This document shows positions 12,195 to 23,300 of a DNA stretch of 37,687 nucleotides, piece after piece. Origin of the DNA: Spirogloea muscicola. Taxonomy: Eukaryota. Position numbers and translations under genes: made by a program. Every line of letters begins with the position of its first letter. Positions within the stretch are counted from its first letter, which is position 1. The DNA lies in contig WELB01000014.1 of NCBI GenBank assembly GCA_009602725.1, positions 254,127-291,813 on the forward strand, written 5' to 3'. The notes beneath the pieces are model-generated. The model was not told where the DNA came from. It saw only the letters and a list, made by a program, of their open reading frames with translations, and did no database searches.

Positions 12195-13413
12195 ATGGCC
12201 CGCTTCGCCGTCGCCGTCCTGGTCCTCGCCTTCGCCGCCTCGGCCTTCGCTGCCTGCTCCCCGTCCGGCTCCACCTACTTCGGTGGTGCCACCTCCGTCC
12301 AGGCCCTGGAGAACCAGGTCCTCAGCACCTACGGCACCTACGGCTGCTATGCCTCCGTCGGGTGAGTGACGGCCTCGCTCGGCGTGCCCAATCCGCCGTC
12401 TACTCAGCTGCTTGTTTGCACGACTCACAGGGCCACCAGCACTCTGGTCACAGCTACGCTCCGCGCAGGCCCACGACCTGTGTCCGTGCTCAGCACTCGC
12501 CGGTGCCCAGGGCTGCTGTCGCCACCATCCTCATTTCCAGTGTCCTGACCGTCCGCACGTCGTGCCATTCCTCCCGTGACCTCGCAGCTCCGGTGCCGGT
12601 TACACCGGCTTCAAGGCCAACACCTACCAGGTCGCCGCGTCCGATGCGGCCATGACCACCGCCCAGGAGTCCGGCCTCGGGTTCTCCAAGCTCACCATCC
12701 CCCAGGGCCTCCAGTCCTACTCCATGCTCTTCAACGGTGCCACCGCCCTCACACTCTCTTGCCAGAGCCTGGCCGACCTCTACTCCGGCTTCTCCGCCTC
12801 CATCGGCGGCGGTGCCATCACCGTGCCCGTCGCCCGCTCCGACTCCTCCGGCACCACCTTCGTCTTCACCTCCTACCTCAACCTGTGCACGGCCGGCGGT
12901 GCCCGCCCGTGGCCCGCGTCCAAGGTCGGCGAGAGCGGCATCGCCTGGGGCTCCAGCGCCCTGGTCGCCCAGAGCGGCTCCAGCGGCGTCGCCTCGTACA
13001 TATTCTCCCACCCCGGCTCCATCGGCTACCTCGGCACCCCGGTCGCCGTCACCTTCGTGACCGGCAACGTGCGTATCGCCGCCACCAACAACAAGGCCGG
13101 CCAGAACTACAAGGGCAACTCCTGCTCAGTGACCGGCGCCATTCCCGTGTCTGTGCCGGCCGCCACCGCCACCTGGTCCGGCGTCAACACCATCTACCAG
13201 CCCGGCTCCGGCGTCTGCCCCATGGTGTCCTTCGTGTACATCTGGGCCCGCCAGACCTACCCCGCCGGCACCCCCACCGCCACCGCCACCAAGGCTTTCC
13301 TCAACTTCGTCTACTCCACCGCCGGCCAGAACCTCCTCCCCCCCCTCAACTTCGTCAAGGACCCCAGCGGCCTCATCACCCAGAACACCAACGCGGTGGC
13401 CACCATCTCGTAA
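12195..13413 (+). CDS. pstS: Secreted PstS/DING-type phosphate-binding protein, copy 1 (330 aa, 2 exons)
   Basis: Exons 12195-12361 and 12588-13413, with a 226-nt GTGAGT...CAG intron. Splicing restores YASVG|SGAG. Has a signal peptide and the PstS ligand motifs GGATS, GSGAG, AASDA, RSDSSGTT, plus PGSIGYL and PMVSFVY. Codons are strongly C-ending. Confidence 0.88.
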
Positions 13414-14331
13414 ATTGCTTTGTGCTTTTTGGCAGCTGCTAGGCAATATAGTCACTGCGCCAATTTTGATATTGAGATACATACATACAAATGATAAGAC
13501 ATGAATTATTTCTGACATTGATACTTTGATGAAAGAGCAAGGATTGATATTGATACCTGCATTGATCACATTCTCGCAATCCTCAGAAAGATAATTGTGA
13601 CATCTAATATCAAAGTGAATGCACGGTGTCCAAAGTTTCTCAAACAATCCATCCAACACGCAATTCATATCACAATCCATAATACTACTCGATCTTAGTA
13701 ACTTGTTATGATGAATCTCAAAATCTCTCAGCAAACTCGCATGAATCCACTGTCCAAAAACCTCACCTACTCCAAAGAAGATTATATCAATGTGTTGTTC
13801 TCGACGATAACCCAGCTCCTATAACTTATATGTCGCCTGTTAGCCTGCTACATGGAAAAGGAAAGTTGATACATCCATAACTTCAAAACTTGATCCATCC
13901 ATTATGATTCACCCTTCCACCTTTGCGCATGACTCAATCCACTGTATACGACAGATCAATAATCTCTGCATAGTACCACAAATTGCTGCAACCAAATCGT
14001 GATGTCCTCTTACACTACTTTTTACCAACGGAATTTAACAAGTCTCAGCTTTTCTGTCCATGACTTGAACTCAATGTGAGCCCTTTGAGCTTCCAGATTC
14101 TTTCTGACACCTTCCGCGTTGTTGCAGTTGCCACAATGAACATGATTCAAAGCTTACGTCACAAAATGCACATGAACAATGACCTAGTCCATCTGAAACT
14201 TGCTTCACAAAGTACACATGCACAACATGGTTGGTGACCATCTCTTCGGCCTTCTTACAATTTGGACATCCGCGTCCAGATCCTCGAACACCATACATTT
14301 GCTCAAGAAGCCAAGCCAACCCCGTCTCCAG

Positions 14332-14514
14332 CTGCCGGCTCGCTCGCGCAGGTCTTGCATATGCGGCTCTCCGTTTCTCTCCAGTGCTCCTCTGGCTCAC
14401 GCACTCCACTCGCGCGCAGGCCGCGCTGTGGCTGCTGCCTCTGGGTCTCGACGGAGTGCCTCTTTCCCAGCTGCGAGTCACTCGGACTTGCTGCTGCTCA
14501 CTCGTGGGTACTGT
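14332..14514 (+). mobile_element. Retrotransposon 3' ORF fragment inserted downstream of PstS copy 1
   Basis: AGSLAQVLHMRLSVSLQ...RAGRAVAAASGSRRSASFPAASHSDLLLLTRGY, frameshifted. Closely related to 5405-5587. Confidence 0.75.
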
Positions 14515-15528
14515 CATGCGCAAGGGCGTCAACGTGAAATGGCGTCGATAATACTAGATGAAGACAAATGCTGACGTACTAGCCTACGAGATACACAATT
14601 TCAGATGAAGATATTGGCTACCTTGACCAGCTGTCATGAAGGACAGTCCGATAAGAGGCCAACAGTAACAATTGTTGTCAGTTGTCAAAGATCATATCAC
14701 GTGAACAAGTCCAGAACGATTGAAATTTGATTATGTAGCATAATTTAAAAGCGCGTGATAGTGCCCGGTATTTGGTTTCCAGAATCAAGAGTATCGAATC
14801 ACTGTCTACTTGATGCTTTCACCTAGCACTAAGCGTGTGAGACCCCCAATGGGCGGCCGCTATGCTAAGTGTCCATTTGTTGTCGGGACAAGCCTGCACC
14901 TTTTCTGTGTTCGTGGATATAACAAGCCAAGCAGCCAATGGATGCACGAAAGCAATCCGTTTAGAAACGTGCACTCAAACAATGAAGGTTTGCAAGAACT
15001 GTCCAATGTTAAGTCTGCTCACCGCACAGATAGAAGGACTTCTCGCAATCGCAGCGGGTCCGCGCAAGGCTCGCTATGCGCGCACCGTGTGCGCCGGGCT
15101 CTACGCTCTCGCGGACGCAGGCGCGAGTGAACGCAGGCGCGGGTAGGCGCAGGCGTGGCGGGAGGGTGAGAACTGCCAAGCCGACGGCCTGGCAGAGGCC
15201 GCGCGCCCCGACATGGGCTGGACGCGGTGAAACCCTAGCGCTATTTGATAGGCCAGGTGCGGCCGCCGGCTACGCTGGTTGGATCGCCGGCCTTCCTGGA
15301 CCGTTCCCGACCCTGGGGCCGACTTGACCGTAGATGGCGAATTCCAGTCGTCTGTTCCATGTTCGCCCCGCCACCGCTTCGATGGCGCCCACCTTGACGG
15401 TCTTGTTGGTGGTTGAGGTGCTTGCAGACGGGCTTCCCTCGTTACGCCTTGAACGGTCTTCGGCTGGTTGGCGTCGGGCGTGGGCTTGGGCCCTTTTAGT
15501 CGCTCCGTTGTTGATGTCGTCCGCACTT

Positions 15529-15805
15529 GATGAGCGGTCGATGTTGTTGTTGTCGTAAGCATTGGATGAGCGGTCGATGTTGTTGTCGTTGAGAGAGATA
15601 GAGAGAAAGAAAGTGCGGAAGGAAGAGGAAAAGAAAGAGAAAGAGAGGAAGGGAGAGAAGTGGTCTTCCATCCTTAGCGTGAATCACAAACGAAAGTGTA
15701 TGACCCAGCCTAGGAAGCCACGGGCCACGGAGGGAGAAAAGCGGTCCTCCATCCTTAGCGTGAATCACACACAGAAGTGGATAAGTCAGCCTAGGAGGCC
15801 ACGTG
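15529..15805. repeat. Two short tandem duplications (~37-bp and ~81-bp period) around a purine-rich tract
   Basis: gatgagcggtcgatgttgttgt occurs twice. tccatccttagcgtgaatcaca...cagcctagga occurs twice. Confidence 0.7.
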
Positions 15806-15871
15806 TTAAGCCAAGTCAGCTGTCCTAGTCAGATCGACACAAATAGGCCGTCGACGGGATACTGCACGACA

Positions 15872-16017
15872 GTACTGAGCTTCCATCTGTGGTCGTGTAG
15901 TGTGTGACTGTGTGGTTTTTCTTTCCGGCACCCTTTGGCTCTTTGGACCTTGTCCCTTCTTTTTGGACTGGCCTTTTCCAGTCCCTGCCTTCTATGGGAG
16001 AGCAATTTCTTCTTTCC
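15872..16017 (+). mobile_element. Retrotransposon 3'UTR fragment
   Basis: gtactgagcttcc...ggaccttgtcccttctttttggactggcc...ctatgggagagcaatttcttctttc. Confidence 0.6.
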
Positions 16018-16394
16018 ACCCTTTCAATGGCATCGTGTGCCCTAACGTGAACCTGGCTTCAGCCCATGCCCACCTCCTGAATTCCCTCCCAGAGCTTGAG
16101 AAGACGACTGTGGGAAAGTCCAAAGTGCACGGTCCACAGCAGTGACTCTTGACTGTGACAAGTGCTGTTGTTTTTTATCTGGAACGGCTCCTTGTGGCTG
16201 TTATGATGAGCAGGGCCACGCAGTCACTTCATTTCGATGTCTTTCTTATGGCACGTGTGCTTTTGTGGGCCTTGCAGCTTATAAGGCTTTGCGATCTGTA
16301 GGAGAGTCCATTTACATACCCCCTTTGAGCTCTTTTGTCTGACAGGTAAAATACACTTGATCGTTACCTTGTTCTAGAGGCCACCATTGCGGAG

Positions 16395-16640
16395 AAGTTT
16401 CGTGTTTGAAACAAACGAAGTCCAAATGGCCAAGTACAAAGGCAAACACATTTGAAGACCTACATAACCTACAGCAGATTGACCCGCTCAGTAACCACGG
16501 GTCAAAAGATAAAGGTCGCTAATCGATGCCTGAATTCTAGATGGCAGACACGAAGCCCTTCTGCCACCAACTAGAGCTTGCCCAGCTTTCTGGTGCAAAG
16601 CATTAGCCTGAGCACGCTGCAAACAGGCCGAAACTCGTCG
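16395..16640 (-). mobile_element. Retrotransposon 3' end, second subfamily
   Basis: RRRVSACLQRAQANALHQKAG...SDLYLLTRGY* (stop at 16488). 16397-16564 is closely similar to 37517-37687. Confidence 0.7.
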
Positions 16641-17898
16641 TCGCAAGAACGACAGAAGTGCAGCTGGCAAGCCCATCTCAGCCGGGAACACATCTGCATG
16701 TCGTGTATAGCCTAGATCGGCAATAACTAATTGGCGGAGGCCCGCTGATCCAGGATGACGTGATGATTGGCCATCGCTCATCTTTGCAACCCTGTGGACT
16801 CGACATCATGAGGCAGAGAGTTCGTTGAGCGGCTGTGTGTGGGAGTAATTGAGGGTGTGAGGTTTGTAGTACCATCTGCTATGAAGCGAAGGACCAGCCG
16901 AAAGAGCACCCTGGCTATGATCACGTGCCCCCCCTCTCGGCACACACTTGCACTTTTGTATGGTGCTTTGGCCTTCACATTCGTCTGGCGTGCTGGCCGA
17001 GCTGCCTGTGACTTGTAGTCAAAAATGCAGCGACAGACCGGCAACGCCATTCCTCTTATGACTCGGGGACCTTACCTACTGAGTGATGGGCTGGACTCTC
17101 TGCTATATCCGATCGTGGCCTCAAACCATTTCCCCCTCTTGGTGCCGACGTGAGAGCAACATGCACAAACACTGTCAGTGTCAAAGTGCATCGCAAAGTC
17201 GAATCAAGTGAATGGCCTTCGATACAGATTCCTCCCACTTGTTTGCTCATGTGACACCCAATCTGTATTACCAGGAGGCTTGCTAGGCCGGGGAAGGCGT
17301 ACACAAGTCTGACTTTACTCAGACAAGGTGTTCAAGCAGATGAGGGCCACTCCCGTTCGGCTGCTCGCTTTCCGTTGCTGATGGGCATGTCGGTTGCCAT
17401 CTGAGATCTTGATTCAGAAACAGAGGAATGTCACCTCCTTACACCTCTATTGCACTAGTTTTTGCCTGAACAATGTGTTGGCTTGAAGTGCGCACCGCGC
17501 TCCTACTCTTCCGATTGTGGGCCCTTTACACGGTTCTATGGATTCGTAGATCTACACACACGATCTGGTGGTTGGGTCAGACGAAGCCAATCAGATTTGG
17601 CAGTACTGTCGCCAGCAGCCGTGCAAGGAGGTCCTTGAGGGGCAGTCGTGCGCAATGTGTGGTCACACAAGTGCAAGCGCGGCGCCAGGAGAGTCTAGAT
17701 GATCAGCAATGTATCAAGCAACGCATGCACATTTGGCAATGTTGTTCAAATCCAACGGACGGGTCGGAGTGGTGTGAGTCGGCTTGCTTTTCTGTACGGC
17801 ATCGCCACGCCGCAGATGGTGCCTGGGCAGGCACTTGCTCAGCAAGCGTACTGTCCGTGGTCAGTCGCGTACAGGCGGGAGCGCCGGCCAGGCAAAAG

Positions 17899-17906
17899 GA
17901 ATATGC
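17899..17906. promoter_or_regulatory. P1BS element (GNATATNC), candidate PHR1/PSR1 site
   Basis: GAATATGC, ~850 bp upstream of the PstS copy 2 start and next to a conserved GAAGATTC module. Confidence 0.4.
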
Positions 17907-18746
17907 CGGGGAAGATTCCGGGTTTCACGAGGAGCTTCTCTCTACGGAACACGCGCTACCGTGGGTGCCGGACATTGCGGGGGTCACAGGAGGCTGGGCA
18001 CAACTGAGCAGACACAGACGCACGAGGAGTCGCCTCAGAAGCAGGGGCCGATTGGCAGCGGCGATCGCGGGGTTTGCCGGTGCGGCGTTTGTTCGTGCCG
18101 GCCCCGACCAGGCGCGAGGAGTTGCGAGGGAAGATTCTGGGGTACGCAGAAGCTTCCCCCTAAGGACCACGCGCTTCCGTGGGTTCCGGGGAGGGGCCAT
18201 CGCAGCGGTCACTGGAGACCGGGCACGAATGACTGGCGCACAAGAGGGCGCCTCACTAGAGGTGAAGGGGCGTCTGCAACGCCCCCAGGGTTGGCCGACT
18301 GGTGGCCCTTCCGTTGTCACCCACACCCCCGCCAGAGCATCCCGAGAATGCGGAGGAGATGCTCTGCTGCGAGATCTGCGCCGCATCTCGGGCCGGCCAG
18401 CCGGCAGGGGAGGCGGCTGTGCTCGGGCGGGGAGCCGGCCGCCGCAGGGCCCTGGTGCGCCAGGCGAGGGGCCTGCGCGCACGGGGAGAGCGGGGGGCAC
18501 GGGCCGGCTCGGACCGGATCCGGCGACGGCGGCGCGGCGGCGGCGGCGGCAGCGGTGGAGGCGGCGCCGCGCTCGGCGGGGGAATCTCAGCGGGGCGACG
18601 CGTGGCCGCACGGTGGCGCGAAAGTGCGGTTGGAGCTGCCGCGAGGCTCACCCTCCATAAGCGAGGACGCCTCGCCCCGCCCCGCCACCACTCCCACCTC
18701 GCACCCTCGCCTCCCACGCTCCTCCGCACCCACCGCCCCAGGCGCC

Positions 18747-19965
18747 ATGGCCCGCTTCGCCGTCGCCGTCCTGGTCCTCGCCTTCGCCGCCTCGGCCTTC
18801 GCTGCCTGCTCCCCGTCCGGCTCCACCTACTTCGGTGGTGCCACCTCCGTCCAGGCCCTGGAGAACCAGGTCCTCAGCACCTACGGCACCTACGGCTGCT
18901 ATGCCTCCGTCGGGTGAGTGACGGCCTCGCTCGGCGTGCCCAATCCGCCGTCTACTCAGCTGCTTGTTTGCACGACTCACAGGGCCACCAGCACTCTGGT
19001 CACAGCTACGCTCCGCGCAGGCCCACGACCTGTGTCCGTGCTCAGCACTCGCCGGTGCCCAGGGCTGCTGTCGCCACCATCCTCATTTCCAGTGTCCTGA
19101 CCGTCCGCACGTCGTGCCATTCCTCCCGTGACCTCGCAGCTCCGGTGCCGGTTACACCGGCTTCAAGGCCAACACCTACCAGGTCGCCGCGTCCGATGCG
19201 GCCATGACCACCGCCCAGGAGTCCGGCCTCGGGTTCTCCAAGCTCACCATCCCCCAGGGCCTCCAGTCCTACTCCATGCTCTTCAACGGTGCCACCGCCC
19301 TCACACTCTCTTGCCAGAGCCTGGCCGACCTCTACTCCGGCTTCTCCGCCTCCATCGGCGGCGGTGCCATCACCGTGCCCGTCGCCCGCTCCGACTCCTC
19401 CGGCACCACCTTCGTCTTCACCTCCTACCTCAACCTGTGCACGGCCGGCGGTGCCCGCCCGTGGCCCGCGTCCAAGGTCGGCGAGAGCGGCATCGCCTGG
19501 GGCTCCAGCGCCCTGGTCGCCCAGAGCGGCTCCAGCGGCGTCGCCTCGTACATATTCTCCCACCCCGGCTCCATCGGCTACCTCGGCACCCCGGTCGCCG
19601 TCACCTTCGTGACCGGCAACGTGCGTATCGCCGCCACCAACAACAAGGCCGGCCAGAACTACAAGGGCAACTCCTGCTCAGTGACCGGCGCCATTCCCGT
19701 GTCTGTGCCGGCCGCCACCGCCACCTGGTCCGGCGTCAACACCATCTACCAGCCCGGCTCCGGCGTCTGCCCCATGGTGTCCTTCGTGTACATCTGGGCC
19801 CGCCAGACCTACCCCGCCGGCACCCCCACCGCCACCGCCACCAAGGCTTTCCTCAACTTCGTCTACTCCACCTCCGGCCAGAACCTCCTCCCCCCCCTCA
19901 ACTTCGTCAAGGACCCCAGCGGCCTCATCACCCAGAACACCAACGCGGTGGCCACCATCTCGTAA
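18747..19965 (+). CDS. pstS: Secreted PstS/DING-type phosphate-binding protein, copy 2 (330 aa, 2 exons)
   Basis: Exons 18747-18913 and 19140-19965, offset 6552 from copy 1. One amino-acid difference (STAGQ to STSGQ). Confidence 0.88.
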
Positions 19966-20689
19966 ATTGCTCTGTGCTTTTTGGCATTTGCTAGGCAATA
20001 TAGTCACTGCACCAATTTTGACACTACTTATACAAATGATGGATGGATGGATGAATCCTTATGATAGTGATATTTTGAGGAAAGAGCAAGGATTCCAATG
20101 TATACCTGCATATACTCGCAGCTCTCAAGATGGACAAATTTGACAATAGTGAATCAAGAAGGAATGCATTGAGTCCAAACTTCCCAACAATATCGAATTG
20201 ACAATCACCTTCTTAACAATATATAACACCTTGATCTCAAAAACTTGCTGTGATAAGTCTTTCGAGCGTTTCGAATTAGCTCACATCAATGAATCTGTCC
20301 AGACTTACTCCAAGCAAGTTGACATGTATATGATTGTCTCGGTGATATTCAATCTCCCATTTCTAATATCTCATTCGTGGCAGTCTTGTTTCTGATAACA
20401 TCCCATTCATGTCCACTTTCACATTTGCGCATCAATCAGAATACTATGTATGTCACAAACTTCTTCCTTCAGGTCCACAATTTACTGTTATGTAATTTTC
20501 TGTTGCACAGTTCTTGTTACCAGAATATTCATCAATAGCTCTGAATTGTTTCTGTCCTTATGCTAGCGGCTACTACTTCAATCTCTCTCCGATAATGAAG
20601 TTTCTTCGTAAATGTAGTTGCCACGTAGTGCAGCATGGTGCATTGTCCTAAACCTTTTCACAAACACATGAAGAACATTTCGTAACCTA

Positions 20690-20920
20690 GGAAAAGGGCG
20701 CGCTCCTAGAAAACAGGGGCTGGGAAACGCAAGTCCAAAAAAGAATGAACAAAGTGCGAAAGGTGCAGGGGAAGGGCTAAAGCTAGCACATACAGTCAAG
20801 CAGCGAAGAAAAATTCAGTACCCTGCTAAACAGCTGTATGTCAGAGAAACCCTTAACCCTCACCCCTAAATGCTAAACTCTAAAACGAGTTCCTGGTACC
20901 GGGTCCCCTGGCCAGGGCCA
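20690..20920 (-). mobile_element. Retrotransposon 3' fragment interrupted by telomere-like repeats
   Basis: ASGPGQGTRYQE and tctctgacatacagctgtttagcagggtactga plus UTR. Homologous to 6710-6900. Confidence 0.65.
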
Positions 20921-22799
20921 GAAGCAATTATTTTGTCTTCTGCCATCTTACAATGTGGACACCCGCGTCCAAACTTCACCAGATCCGCGAATACCATACA
21001 TGTGCAGAAGAAGCCAAGACGATCCATTTTTTTTTTCCCCACCCTCGTAACACCCTCGTGTCTCCTACGTGAACTTGGCTGCAGCCCACGCTCACCTCCT
21101 CTCAGGGCTTTGAACAGACGACTTATTACAGATTCCAACTGCACGGTCCTCAGCAGTAATTCTTGACTGAGACAAGCGCGGTTGCACTAAATAGGAACAG
21201 CTCTTTGTGGCCATTTACGATGAGCAGGAACAACACAAATCATTTCAATGTCTTTCTCATGGCACGTAAGCTTTTATCACGGCCTTGCAGCTTACAAGCC
21301 TTTGCAGATCTCGACGACGGTCCCATTAAATCCACCTTGTAGGTCTCCTGTCTGATGGGTAAGAAGCCCTTTATCTTAACCGTGTCCTAGAGGCCACCAT
21401 GGCAGAGAGGCCCGCTGATCCAGGATGACGTGTTGATAACCCATCGATTCATCTTTGCAACCTTGTGGATATGAAGACAATTCCAGTAGAGGGCGAGGGC
21501 TGTGAGTGGCCTGCCCAGAGAAAAGAATGAAACAAATCGAAGAGGCCACAAAATCGCTGAATGACATAGCGACTCAGATGGCCACTACATCAAAGGACAT
21601 CATCAAGTAGAGAGTTCGTGGAGCGGCCAAGTGTGGGAGTAGTTGAGGATGTTGATTCTCTTTGAGGCATCTTGCTAACAAGCTTAGGAAAGCTTAGGAC
21701 CAGCCGTAGAGAAACCTGGCTTGATATTGAGAGAATGACGCTTCCAGTAGAGAGCAATGGCTGGAGAGGCCAGCCCAGAAGAAACATTGAACAACCGATA
21801 TCACGTGCCCACCGTCCTTGGCACACACTTGCACTCGGGTACAGTGCATTTGCCTAACAGTCTACTGGCGTGCTGGCCGCGCTGCGTATGGCTTCTGGTT
21901 AAAATGCAGCGACAACTTGCAACCCGGTTCGTCTTATGACTCGGGGTTACTTAGCCACTCAGCGATGGTGCTGACTTCTCGTGGAGATCTGCTTTATCTG
22001 ACCATATCCCTTGCACATTTCCTCCTGTTGATGCCGCCACTACAAATTATGTGCACAACCACAGTCAGTTTCATAGCGCATCGCAAAGTCGAATGAGTGA
22101 ATCGACTTTGTTACAGAGTCCTCAATTAGTTGCTTGTGTATTACACAACCTGTACCACCAGAATGCTTGGTGGGCCAGGGAAGGCGTACGCGAGTCTCAT
22201 TGTCATCAGAGAAGGTTTCAAAGCAGATAAAGGCTACTGCCATCTGTGGCTGCTCGCTCTCATGTTGATGGGCCATGTCGTCTGCAAGTGAGATTTGAAA
22301 TCAGAACCAGAAACATTTCACCTCTTCAAATTGTCGGCCCTCCATGGATTCTGCGCATTTGTGGATCCAACAAACCGGTCTGGTGGTTGATGCTTCAGAG
22401 GAAGCAAATCGATGCCACTTGTGCCAGCACTGTACTGTTGCTAGCAGCCGTCCAAGGAGGTCCATGAGAGGCAACTGTGAGCCATGTATGGTCACACAAA
22501 AGCGCAAGCAGGGCGCCAGGAGAGTCTTGATGATGAGAAATGCATCAAGCAACGCAAGTTCATTCGCGGTGTTGTTCGGTCCAACGCTCGGATCAAGTGG
22601 AGTGGCGTGAGTCGGCTTGCTTTTCTGTACGGCATCCCCGACGCCGCATATGGTGCCTGGGCAGGCACGTGCTCAGCATGGTAGTGTCCTTGGTCCCCCC
22701 GTTTGTGCGTGCCAACGGTGCCGAGCACCTTACATGATCGTATCGTATCTACCATTTCGGAGTCGCAGACGGTACGGGTCACTTCGCTGCACTACGTGT

Positions 22800-23300
22800 A
22801 GCTAAGTACGCGCTGAGGCCCTGGGCACGCGCGACAAGCGCAGCGTGCGGCACGCGCTGTATCTGCACGTGCGACAAGTGCCATGCGACTCGCATTCCCA
22901 TTCGTCGGGCTTGCACAACGTGCAGCACGCGCCACGCGCGGCACGCGCCAGTCCCCTAGATTCGTATCCCCAATGGTCACGCCCGCCCCTCCAGGGGAGG
23001 ACCTTTGGGGCTACCCTCGTCACACCCTCGGGGCAGGGATGGCAGGAGAAACGCTATGAGTAGTGGGCCTTCGCTGGACTCAGTCCGACCAATGCCGAGA
23101 GAGACACAGCCCTGCTGTTGCCTAGCCAGCCCCGCTGCTGCCTGCTGCCGCAGCCGCTGCCACAGCTCTGCTGCCGCCGCTAGCTGACACCCCGTCGCCA
23201 CAGCTCGTCGCTAAGGGCCCCGCCGGCTCTCGGCGTACGGCTGAGTACAAGGCTGCGCCCCGTGTGGGACAGCTACTGACCCTTGGTAGAATCACCAGCT
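22800..23300 (+). repeat. Unclassified dispersed repeat, copy B
   Basis: Collinear similarity to 9700-10400, e.g. gagaga..cagcc.tgctg...gctgctgcctgctg...gtcgcc.ca...cgtcgct. Confidence 0.5.

Noticed and set aside
12490..13734. Alternative-frame and antisense ORFs over pstS (also 19042-20007)
   Set aside because: Shadows of extreme C-ending codon bias.
15529..15805. CRISPR-like repeat-spacer pattern
   Set aside because: Only two copies per repeat, no unique spacers, no cas genes, and a eukaryotic context.
17473..18917. Long 395-aa and 377-aa ORFs, or an extended PstS N-terminus
   Set aside because: GC-rich promoter DNA with few stops. The frame is not conserved between the two copies. The true start is the signal-peptide ATG.
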